A DNA stretch of 36,624 bases from Candidatus Diapherotrites archaeon CG08_land_8_20_14_0_20_34_12 (GCA_002779065.1 PEXL01000035.1:1-36624), one strand, 5' to 3'; shown: positions 25,873-33,012, counted from the stretch's first letter. A program made the numbers and translations. Notes: generated from the sequence alone by a model not told the origin.

Positions 25873-25950
25873 CACACTGTGACATAATTCAAGAATCTAT
25901 AAATAAGGTAAAGCACACAATAATATATTAGTTTAGCATGTCACGGTGTG
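25873..25950. repeat. Inverted-repeat cassette 'C': 13-bp arms, 52-bp AT-rich spacer containing ATCTATAAAT, about 120 nt upstream of tRNA-Glu
   Basis: CACACTGTGACAT (25873..25885) pairs with ATGTCACGGTGTG (25938..25950), one T.G position. It is followed by CAGATGCTTTG, which recurs at 5537..5549 as CAGTGATGCTTTG. Confidence 0.65.
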
Positions 25951-26028
25951 CAGATGCTTTGTTAAGTTAAATTTTTAGGATTGCTTAGGAAAAAACTTAG
26001 TTTCTCTTTTTTCTTTTGGCAACCTACA

Positions 26029-26063
26029 TTTTCTTTTTTCTCTTTCTAAGAGAAAAAAGAAAA
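26029..26063. repeat. Perfect 15-bp polypyrimidine/polypurine hairpin ending 6 nt before the tRNA-Glu 5' end
   Basis: TTTTCTTTTTTCTCT (26029..26043), TTCTA, AGAGAAAAAAGAAAA (26049..26063). Confidence 0.6.
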
Positions 26064-26069
26064 GGCGGA

Positions 26070-26142
26070 GCCCCGATAGTGTAGCGGCCAAGCACTCTGC
26101 CCTTTCAAGGCGGTAACACGGGTTCGAGTCCCGTTCGGGGCA
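26070..26142 (+). tRNA. tRNA-Glu (anticodon TTC), 73 nt, no encoded CCA, no intron
   Basis: Manual cloverleaf. Acceptor GCCCCGA/TCGGGGC plus discriminator A. D-stem GTGT/GCAC. Anticodon stem CTGCC/GGCGG with loop CTTTCAA. T-arm ACGGG-TTCGAGT-CCCGT. Confidence 0.9.
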
Positions 26143-26203
26143 AAAGGTTTTTACCCTTTATTTTTCTACTTTTCAAAATAAAGGGTAAGTTATATTGTTT
26201 TAG

Positions 26204-26319
26204 TCAAAGCATGAAGGGACCCACACCTAAAGGCGTAGGCTTGCGGACAAGGAATAACGTGCTCACTTATACTTCTCCCACATCTAAAGAAATGGACTTC
26301 CGCAAGCTTCATGCTTTGA
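26204..26319. repeat. Structured repeat element 'B', related to element A: two CCCACA-N-CTAAAG units inside nested perfect stems
   Basis: The outer stem is TCAAAGCATGAAG (26204..26216) with CTTCATGCTTTGA (26307..26319). The inner stem is GCTTGCGGA (26239..26247) with TCCGCAAGC (26299..26307). Units lie at 26220..26242 and 26277..26299. The terminus AGCTTCATGCTTTGAG resembles AGCTTCAGTGATGCTTTGTG of element A. Confidence 0.65.
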
Positions 26320-26442
26320 GTGAGAAAGTGCATTAGTTTATCTCAAAATTGTAATAATGCTCTTTAAACGAATTAGTAAGAATTTTACTAAAATGTTAAT
26401 TGAATGAAAAGGTTTATATATTGTTTTGTGTATTTTATTGTT

Positions 26443-27033
26443 ATGGGAATTTCTGGCACTGAATTGTCTGTAATTGATTTAATTAAGAGGAACAAACTTG
26501 GCTTGTTTAAAGTGGGGGATATTGTAAAGCTCACTGGATTCAAAAGGCAAAAGGTTTATAATATTTTCAAGGGCTTAAACAGGAAAGGGCTTGTAATAAG
26601 GCTTAAGGCTGGAAAGTATGTTCTTGCTGATTCTGCAGAATCTGATCTTAAATATTTTACAACAGCTTTTGCCCCTGCTTATGTGTCTTTGTGGTCTGCG
26701 TTGGCATATCATGGTTTGACTGAGCAAGTTCCGCAGAAGATACATTTAGTTAGCACAAGGCACCAGCGACCAATTTCCCAAATTGAATTGCATATTGTCG
26801 GTAAGAACCTTTTTACTGGTTATGAAAATTATGGTTTTCCAATAGCGACTATAGAAAAAACAATCTTCGATTTGCTTTGGTTTAACCAAATAAACCTCAA
26901 AACCTTGGAAGAAATCCTTAAACAAGTGCCCATAAATAAAAGCAGGCTTTCAGGATTTATTAAAAGGATTTCTTCCCATAAAAAGAAAACTGAAATGTAT
27001 AACAAATTTAGAAAAGTGGATTTGGTATTATGA
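26443..27033 (+). CDS. AbiEi-family (type IV TA) antitoxin / transcriptional regulator
   Basis: wHTH 'FKVGDIVKLTGFKRQKVYNIFKGLNRKGLVIRLKAGKYVL' plus 'APAYVSLWSALAYHGLTEQVPQKIHLVS', the AbiEi C-terminal block. ATG at 26443 is preferred. ATGA overlap with the next gene. Confidence 0.7.
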   Translation: MGISGTELSVIDLIKRNKLGLFKVGDIVKLTGFKRQKVYNIFKGLNRKGLVIRLKAGKYVLADSAESDLKYFTTAFAPAYVSLWSALAYHGLTEQVPQKIHLVSTRHQRPISQIELHIVGKNLFTGYENYGFPIATIEKTIFDLLWFNQINLKTLEEILKQVPINKSRLSGFIKRISSHKKKTEMYNKFRKVDLVL

Positions 27034-27770
27034 TTGACGTGCGCGAGTTAAAGAATTATGCAAAAACAAAAGAAATGGATTCTTGGCAGGCTGAGAAGGA
27101 ATACCTGATTTGCATGTTTTTGCATTCTTATTATTCTAAGTATGATTCAGCAGTCTTTAAGGGCGGCACATCCTTTAAATTATTTAACGACTTGAACAGG
27201 TTTTCTGAAGACCTGGATTTTTATATAAAAAACCCCGGTAAGTTCAGAACAGAAGTGCATGATGCTCTGAATAGATTAATGGATTTTGGCATAGAATTTA
27301 GTATAAAAAAGGAAGAGATTTTTGAAAAAGCATACACCATTACAATAAAATTCAAGGGGCCCCTGTATAATGGACAAGAGCAAACTAAAAACTCAATAAG
27401 AATAGATGCTGGCTATAGAATTGGTTTAATAAACAGGCCAGAGTATCTGCCATTGACTTCACGATTTTCTGATACGCCAACTACTTTAATTAAAGTAATG
27501 GATTTTGATGAAAGATTTGCAGAAAAAATATCTGCCATATTCAGCAGGCAAAAGGGCAGGGATTGGTATGATGCTTATTTTTATCACAGAATTGTTAAAT
27601 TGAATAAGCAATTATTGTATGCGAAAATCGGGCAAAAACCAACAAAGGCGCCACTCATCAACAAAAGGGAATACACTAATGACTTAAAACCATTGCTAAA
27701 AATCTTTATTGATTACGAGACAGTTATCCCAACCATTACAAAATATTTAAATGCGTTTTTAAAGAAATAA
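27030..27770 (+). CDS. AbiEii/AbiGii-family nucleotidyltransferase toxin
   Basis: 'AVFKGGTSFKLFNDLNRFSEDLDFY' matches the family signature (lKGGTaL......RfSeDlDf). 246 aa. Confidence 0.75.
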   Translation: MIDVRELKNYAKTKEMDSWQAEKEYLICMFLHSYYSKYDSAVFKGGTSFKLFNDLNRFSEDLDFYIKNPGKFRTEVHDALNRLMDFGIEFSIKKEEIFEKAYTITIKFKGPLYNGQEQTKNSIRIDAGYRIGLINRPEYLPLTSRFSDTPTTLIKVMDFDERFAEKISAIFSRQKGRDWYDAYFYHRIVKLNKQLLYAKIGQKPTKAPLINKREYTNDLKPLLKIFIDYETVIPTITKYLNAFLKK

Positions 27771-27801
27771 ACTCCGCGTTTTCAAACAGTGGTTGACTAA
27801 A

Positions 27802-28032
27802 TTATTGGAACCGGGTTTTCTTTAATCTATGAATTTCTGCAAGCCCACTTTTTATGGCATCAAAAGGATCTAAACCTTCTTTTTCTACATCATACAATAA
27901 ATCCGCGTATACTGCTTTTAGAAATTTTAGCATTCCTTCTAGTGCTTGCCTGTTGTACTTCTTACCTATTTTTATATTTGTTTTTGATATAGGCACAGTC
28001 CCGTTCGGGGCATTTAACACCATTTTAGGCAA
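27802..28032 (-). CDS. Hypothetical 76-aa helical protein that reads across the right-hand copy of the tRNA-derived repeat
   Basis: ORF MPKMVLNAPNGTVPIS..., where residues 'APNGT' are encoded by the reverse complement of the 16-mer. No family was recognised, and coding status is uncertain. Confidence 0.3.
   Translation of the reverse strand: MPKMVLNAPNGTVPISKTNIKIGKKYNRQALEGMLKFLKAVYADLLYDVEKEGLDPFDAIKSGLAEIHRLKKTRFQ
27997..28012. repeat. Second copy of the tRNA-Glu 3'-terminal 16-mer (putative attR)
   Basis: Exact AGTCCCGTTCGGGGCA. The flanks are unrelated to the tRNA (upstream ...ATAGGCAC, downstream TTTAACAC). Confidence 0.6.
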
Positions 28033-28220
28033 AAACTCTTTTTTTTACATTTTTGGTGTTAAATATATTTATATCTATTTCAAAAAGAGAGCTTGGAAAA
28101 AAGAGCCCAAGAAATAAGCGATGCAATAAAAGAAAACAGGAACTCAATCCTAAAAAAGCTCTTGAGCAAAGTGAATATTTAAGTAAAGAGAATTTATCAG
28201 TTGTTAGTGTTGATGGGAAA

Positions 28221-29930
28221 TTAAATTATGAAGGTTACGGTCATCTCTTCTAGCTGGAACCTTTTTTGCATTACTGGAAGAATGTCTGTGCCAAGAATTG
28301 GGTTTATTATGTCGTGGAATAAGTAGTAAGTGCCTGGCTTAAAGCGCAAACCATCCATTGCTTGCATTATCTTTACAAATTTGTCGTGGCCGTAGGTGTC
28401 TTCAATATAGCCCCAAATGCAGGCCGCTGTGTCATACATTTTGGAATTAAATTCGAATTTGCTTAGGTTTTCGTATTTTTGTATCTCTCCTAGCACGCCG
28501 TCGGCATATTCAACAACATAGCCGTTTTCTAAGCATTTGTATTTCAGTCCTTGAGCTGCTCCATCATCTGCTATGTGCTGGTTTCCTACATAGTTGGCTA
28601 ATCCTTCATTGAGAACACCACTTTGGTAGAGAGGAGTTCCGTAAACTAGGAGATGAATTAATTCGTGTGCTTGGCCATTGAAGTTTGAGCATTTTCCTTC
28701 ATCTATCAAAGCAGGAATATTCCATAGCCCATATACATAGTTATTAACAAAATCTAGCGTGTTTTTGCAAACATACTCATTAACTCCTCCTGCGGAACAT
28801 CCCCCCCCGTTATCTGTTTTTAATACACGTACAAAGATTGTAAGTGCAACCGGCTTAATTCCTAAATAGTTTATGTCAGGTGTCAGACAGTTTTCCAGTG
28901 ATTGGGCCATAAGAAGGTCGTAGCCTTCTTTAAACGAGTTATTGGCAAAAACCGTGAAGTTAGGGGTTTTTGAAGTGGTTTCATTTGGCGCTGCTTCATA
29001 GAAACACCAGCCTTCACAACCAACTATCTTTTGTGCAGTACAAAAACTCAAAAGCTCTTGGCAACTTTCTGAAAAAATAAATTGGGTTGGTTTGTCTACG
29101 CTGGGAGTAGCCATGTTTTCAGAGTATGCATAAACACCCTGAAAACTATATATCTTCTGCAAATTGTCATCGCTGGGATAATAGCTTCCTAAGGATGCTA
29201 AGAACCTTAGGCTTCCATTTTTGTCAGTCCAAAGGATGTCAAAGTTTACAAATGACGGCTTTACTTCCCATTTGAACATAAATGGGGGAATGATTACTAT
29301 ATCTCCAGAGGACAGAATATGCTCCCCAAAGCCATAATATTTTTTAGCCGAATTGAAGTAATTGCAGAATTCCGTGTTTTCGGGTTTGGTGCAATCTAAC
29401 TTACCATAATTGTCAATAAAGTATTTTGCAGTTCCTTTTGGCGAGCAATAGCCATCTATTTTGTAGCTTCCTTTGGGGCATGGAGGAAGGCATGCACCGT
29501 TTTCGCAAGCATATCCTTTCCCTAAGCCAGCACAATTTTTTTGGATATAGTTGTAAGTATTGTTTTTGCAAATACCTTCCATCAAATAGGTTTTTTTAGT
29601 AGGGTAAGTATAACAATAATCATTGATGTCCTTTACTGTAGCACCAGTTAGCGTATTGTAAACTAAAACATTCCCTTTTGTAAGATAGTTTGATCTGTCA
29701 CTATCTATACATTTTATACATTTAAAGAAAGAGACTTTAGGTGATACTTTAGGTGATATGGATTTTTGTTGTTTATAATCAGAATATTTAGGTGATATGG
29801 ATTTTTGTTGTTTATAATCAGAATATACTAAATTTCCCGTAATGCTTCCCGTGCTGTTAATAACATAAATAAACGCTACAGATAACAAAAATAATACTAG
29901 AATTCCTGCAATAAGAATATCCTTAGTCAT
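28221..29930 (-). CDS. Membrane-anchored extracellular Cys-rich protein with an HExxH zincin-like metalloprotease motif
   Basis: N-terminal anchor 'ILIAGILVLFLLSVAFIYV'. Tandem 'YSDYKQQKSISPK' x2. A Cys-rich block (CIKCID...CENGACLPPCPKGSYKIDGYC). 'AHELIHLLVYG' is the HExxH motif. Confidence 0.6.
   Translation of the reverse strand: MTKDILIAGILVLFLLSVAFIYVINSTGSITGNLVYSDYKQQKSISPKYSDYKQQKSISPKVSPKVSFFKCIKCIDSDRSNYLTKGNVLVYNTLTGATVKDINDYCYTYPTKKTYLMEGICKNNTYNYIQKNCAGLGKGYACENGACLPPCPKGSYKIDGYCSPKGTAKYFIDNYGKLDCTKPENTEFCNYFNSAKKYYGFGEHILSSGDIVIIPPFMFKWEVKPSFVNFDILWTDKNGSLRFLASLGSYYPSDDNLQKIYSFQGVYAYSENMATPSVDKPTQFIFSESCQELLSFCTAQKIVGCEGWCFYEAAPNETTSKTPNFTVFANNSFKEGYDLLMAQSLENCLTPDINYLGIKPVALTIFVRVLKTDNGGGCSAGGVNEYVCKNTLDFVNNYVYGLWNIPALIDEGKCSNFNGQAHELIHLLVYGTPLYQSGVLNEGLANYVGNQHIADDGAAQGLKYKCLENGYVVEYADGVLGEIQKYENLSKFEFNSKMYDTAACIWGYIEDTYGHDKFVKIMQAMDGLRFKPGTYYLFHDIINPILGTDILPVMQKRFQLEEMTVTFII
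29748..29825. repeat. Perfect 39-bp tandem duplication inside the zincin gene (encodes YSDYKQQKSISPK twice)
   Basis: TTTAGGTGATATGGATTTTTGTTGTTTATAATCAGAATA occurs at 29748..29786 and again at 29787..29825. A partial third copy (TTTAGGTGATA) is at 29736..29746. Confidence 0.85.
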
Positions 29931-30047
29931 AATAATACAAAAGTTGCAAACAGTTAAAAAAGGTAGTTACACACATTTTCAGGCAGTATTAAATATCTCT
30001 TATCTTACTAATTTTACTATAACTCAAAAAGAGGTAGAGGTAACCGC

Positions 30048-30380
30048 ATGAAAAAGATTTTATTTTTATTAATAATAGGATTAATCATTTTTTCCGGATG
30101 TGTAACAAAACAAGGAGAAAAAATAATGGCAGCAGGTTTCTTTAGTTCGGAAACAAAAGAGCTGATTGCAAACACAAATGTTAATGCAACATTTTCTTGC
30201 ACAAATCAGGGCATAACAGTTAAAGCGGACCAGTTGAACAATTCAACATTCGTGCTGACAATCCCTGAAGGATGCGGCAATCTTAAAGTTATTGGGGAAG
30301 CGGAAGGATTTTTAAAAAAAACAGAAACAATTCCTGAAGATGTAAAGAAGGCAGAAATAACATTAGAAATAAAAAAATAA
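30048..30380 (+). CDS. Small lipoprotein-type secreted protein (Ig-like or carboxypeptidase-regulatory-like beta domain?)
   Basis: 'LLIIGLIIFSGC' is a lipobox-type signal. 110 aa with a beta-rich pattern 'NATFSCTNQGITVKAD...FVLTIPEGCGNLKVIGEAEGF'. Confidence 0.5.
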   Translation: MKKILFLLIIGLIIFSGCVTKQGEKIMAAGFFSSETKELIANTNVNATFSCTNQGITVKADQLNNSTFVLTIPEGCGNLKVIGEAEGFLKKTETIPEDVKKAEITLEIKK

Positions 30381-30440
30381 TTAAGGGCAATTTCCTTTTT
30401 TCAAATTTTTAATATTTGAAAGAAATTTTAAAGCCCAAAA

Positions 30441-30590
30441 TTATTCATATCTCAAAGCTTCAACCGGGTTTAATTTTGATGCAGCCCTTGCAGGCATTAA
30501 TCCTGCAACAATTCCTATTAGCGTTGACATTACAACTGCAATTATTATCAATTGCAAAGGAACCAAGGTTGTCAATCCGCCACGGCCCAG
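30441..30590 (-). pseudogene. C-terminal remnant (last TM plus tail) of an FtsX/MacB-type ABC permease
   Basis: '...LQLIIIAVVMSTLIGIVAGLMPARAASKLNPVEALRYE*' is the canonical FtsX C-terminal end (G..PA..Aa.l.P.eALRyE). Upstream, the ORF continues only as antisense of the neighbouring HTH fragment, and no remaining permease body is present. Confidence 0.6.
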
Positions 30591-30604
30591 CATAGGCAAA
30601 GGAA

Positions 30605-30778
30605 TTGACCCAAGCGAAACTTGCAAAGGAAAGCGGCCTAAGCAAAGTTCAGGTGCATAGGACAATAAAAAGGCTGGAAGCAAAAGGCGCTCTTGAAAAA
30701 CACAGTTATGGGTTAACAAACAAGATAATACTAAAAAAGAACTTTTTGAATAAAAAATTAATTTATTGCAAAATCTGA
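30605..30778 (+). pseudogene. wHTH (MarR-like) gene fragment lacking its N-terminal part, abutting the FtsX remnant
   Basis: The frame opens just after a TAG at about 30593. '(L)TQAKLAKESGLSKVQVHRTIKRLEAKGALEKHSYGLTNKIILK' is a recognition helix plus wing. Only a TTG is available as a start. It could instead be a very small functional HTH protein. Confidence 0.4.
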
Positions 30779-30823
30779 TTTGCAGAAAGGTATAAAATAA
30801 ACAAAGGCATTATTTAACTAAAT

Positions 30824-31378
30824 ATGTCAATTTTTAATTCAAAATTCAAGGAGATTTTCTCAGCGCAAGTGGTCTCAATTTTTGGCGGCTTAATTGCAGG
30901 AACAATTCTGGTAATCTATACAGATAAAATTCTGCTTATTCCGGGCATGTTAATTTTGTTGCCTGGATTTTTAGAAATGAGGGGAAATATTTCTGGCACA
31001 TTAGCAGCAAGGATTACGTCAGGATTATTTTTGAAAGTAATTGGCCAGGATAAAATAAATACAAGGATAATTAGGCAAAATATCTGGGCATCTTTTTTGC
31101 TGGCAATTTTTATTTCTTTTGTTTTAGGAATAGTTGCTTTTGCATTTAATTATTTTGCAATGGGCATTTTCCTGCCAAAAATAATTTGGATACCGATTAT
31201 TGCAGGAATAATCGCAAATGCGATTGAAATTCCTCTAACAATTTTTTGTACATTTTATTTTTTCAGAAAAGGGCATGATCCTGACAATATAATGGGCCCT
31301 TTTGTAACATCAGCAGGAGATGTTACTAGTGTTTTAGCATTATTAATTGCCTTGGTGTTAATATGGCCCATACTGTAA
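30824..31378 (+). CDS. MgtE/SLC41-type divalent-cation transporter, membrane domain only (subunit 1)
   Basis: 'PGFLEMRGN' fits PX6GN and 'PDNIMGPFVTSAGD' fits P(D/A)X4PX6D. Five hydrophobic segments. No CBS or N-terminal domain. Confidence 0.7.
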   Translation: MSIFNSKFKEIFSAQVVSIFGGLIAGTILVIYTDKILLIPGMLILLPGFLEMRGNISGTLAARITSGLFLKVIGQDKINTRIIRQNIWASFLLAIFISFVLGIVAFAFNYFAMGIFLPKIIWIPIIAGIIANAIEIPLTIFCTFYFFRKGHDPDNIMGPFVTSAGDVTSVLALLIALVLIWPIL

Positions 31379-32064
31379 AGCAGGAACATCTTGAGCAGAT
31401 TCAAAAAATAAAGAGAAATAAACACCATCCTTTATTGCATCAAATCCATAAAGAACACAAAATCTCAAGAAAAACATTATTTTATGTGAAAGAATATGGG
31501 CTACATTCAAATGCAACAAAAACAATCATTAAAGAAAGCATAAAAATTCTGGTTTTTGCATCAATCATAAGTTCATTTGGCGGGATGGCGATTGAAAATA
31601 TAAAAACATTATTTATCTCAATTGTTCCTTTAGTGATTCTGCTTCCGACATTAAATGATATGATTGGTGATTATGGCACAATTATTTCATCAAGATTTTC
31701 AACAATGTTGCATGAAGGCAAAGTGGGGAAAAATCCTTGGAAAGACCGGGATGTGCAAGAATTATTTATTCAAATTATGGCGGTAGCAATAATATTGGCA
31801 TTAATAAGTTCATCTGCTGCTTTAGTTATTTCCTATTTTTCAAATTATGCAGTAACAATGCAGGTAGTTATGAAAATTGTAATGATTACAGTAATAGATG
31901 TCATAGTGTTAGTGCTGATTTTATTTTTAATTTCAATAATCGCAGGCATTTATTTCTTTAAAAAAGAGGAAGACCCAAATAATTTCCTGATTCCGATAAC
32001 TACATCTATTGCAGATTTTGGAAATATGGTAATACTTTTGTTGCTTATTAGAATATTTTTCTAA
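31363..32064 (+). CDS. MgtE/SLC41-type membrane-domain paralog (subunit 2) with a basic/His-rich N-terminal extension
   Basis: 'PTLNDMIGD' (PX6GD variant) and 'PNNFLIPITTSIAD' (PNX4PX6D variant). Overlaps the upstream paralog by 16 nt. Confidence 0.65.
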   Translation: MAHTVKQEHLEQIQKIKRNKHHPLLHQIHKEHKISRKTLFYVKEYGLHSNATKTIIKESIKILVFASIISSFGGMAIENIKTLFISIVPLVILLPTLNDMIGDYGTIISSRFSTMLHEGKVGKNPWKDRDVQELFIQIMAVAIILALISSSAALVISYFSNYAVTMQVVMKIVMITVIDVIVLVLILFLISIIAGIYFFKKEEDPNNFLIPITTSIADFGNMVILLLLIRIFF

Positions 32065-32222
32065 ACAAATAAATAAGCCCACTTATTTTCCAATTTTATT
32101 AAGTTTTTTACATAAAAAGTCATTGATTTTTAAACACATAAGAGATACATAAGTAAAACAAAAAAAATTCAGAAAAAATTCAAATTTATAAAGACGATTT
32201 TCTTTTTAGGGGTGATAAATTA

Positions 32223-32348
32223 ATGTCTTTACAGGATAACATGCAAATGGAAATGCTGCAAAAACGAATGAAAAAATTAAATGAAACATCTGAAAGAGAA
32301 ATAGAATTGCTTTCAGACATAAAACAACTGTTAGTAGAGAAACGTTAA
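32223..32348 (+). CDS. 41-aa hypothetical coiled-coil peptide
   Basis: MSLQDNMQMEMLQKRMKKLNETSEREIELLSDIKQLLVEKR*. A strong SD-like AGGGGTGA lies 7 nt upstream of the ATG. It is below the ORF-track cutoff. Confidence 0.35.
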   Translation: MSLQDNMQMEMLQKRMKKLNETSEREIELLSDIKQLLVEKR

Positions 32349-32521
32349 AATTTCTCTATTCTATTTTCTTTATTATATTATGAAGAAGGATAGAAAGGTA
32401 AGATATTCGATTAAAATGCCATTTCAAGGCATAAAAGCCAGTAATGCTGGATTTTTGCATATTCTTAACTTTATAACGTGAAAAAGAAATATTTAAATAG
32501 GACATAGGATAATAGTATTGT

Positions 32522-32905
32522 ATGAAGATGGCAAAATATTTTTTGATATTGGGGGCTTTAATTCTTTTTTGTTTAAACACAATGGCTTACAGCTTTGTTG
32601 TAAGCACAGGTGGATGGAGCCCTAGTCCAGCTGATGATATATATTATGGAAATTATTTAACTGTCGGACATAGTTCAAGCTCATATGCATATTCAGGAAA
32701 CTATAACATGTATCCATCATTGCCAGCATACGGATACGGCGGATATTATCCATCATATTACGGATCATATTATACATACGGCGGATTCGCAGGAATCACT
32801 ACTCCATATTATTATGGAAGGCCAATAATTGAACCTTATATGTACCATTACTACAATTATGTTCCGGCTCCATTGTACTGTTCAGCATATTGGTGCTACG
32901 CTTAA
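32522..32905 (+). CDS. Secreted Tyr/Gly/Pro-rich low-complexity protein
   Basis: Signal-like 'YFLILGALILFCLNTMAYS'. The mature part reads 'YSGNYNMYPSLPAYGYGGYYPSYYGSYYTYGGFAGITTPYYYGRP...MYHYYNYVP..YCSAYWCYA'. Confidence 0.55.
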   Translation: MKMAKYFLILGALILFCLNTMAYSFVVSTGGWSPSPADDIYYGNYLTVGHSSSSYAYSGNYNMYPSLPAYGYGGYYPSYYGSYYTYGGFAGITTPYYYGRPIIEPYMYHYYNYVPAPLYCSAYWCYA

Positions 32906-33012
32906 ATACTTTTTTTATTTTTCTTTATTTTTTAATTTCTAATTCTTTTTTTATTTTATTTTGCATACTTGCATAGCGTAAACTATTAATTAGCGTCTAG
33001 GCTAATTTAAGT

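Larger units (their letters stand above)
26143..28012. mobile_element. Putative tRNA-Glu-integrated islet (degraded or non-autonomous) bounded by a 16-nt direct repeat
   Basis: AGTCCCGTTCGGGGCA occurs at 26127..26142 (tRNA 3' end) and again at 27997..28012. Cargo is repeat element B, AbiEi/AbiEii and a 76-aa ORF. No integrase is present. Confidence 0.45.

Noticed and set aside
27802-28032. Possible SSV-type split integrase fragment crossing the att-like repeat
   Set aside because: On the minus strand, the frame that would continue through the left repeat at the tRNA is closed by a TAA immediately before the repeat, so no N-terminal fragment can read into it. The 76-aa product has no R..HxxR..Y tyrosine-recombinase pattern and is too short.
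28221-29930. Diversity-generating retroelement target (variable C-terminal repeat)
   Set aside because: There is no reverse transcriptase in the window, and I found no template or variable repeat pair with A-specific mismatches. The only internal repeat is a perfect tandem duplication at the N-terminal stalk.
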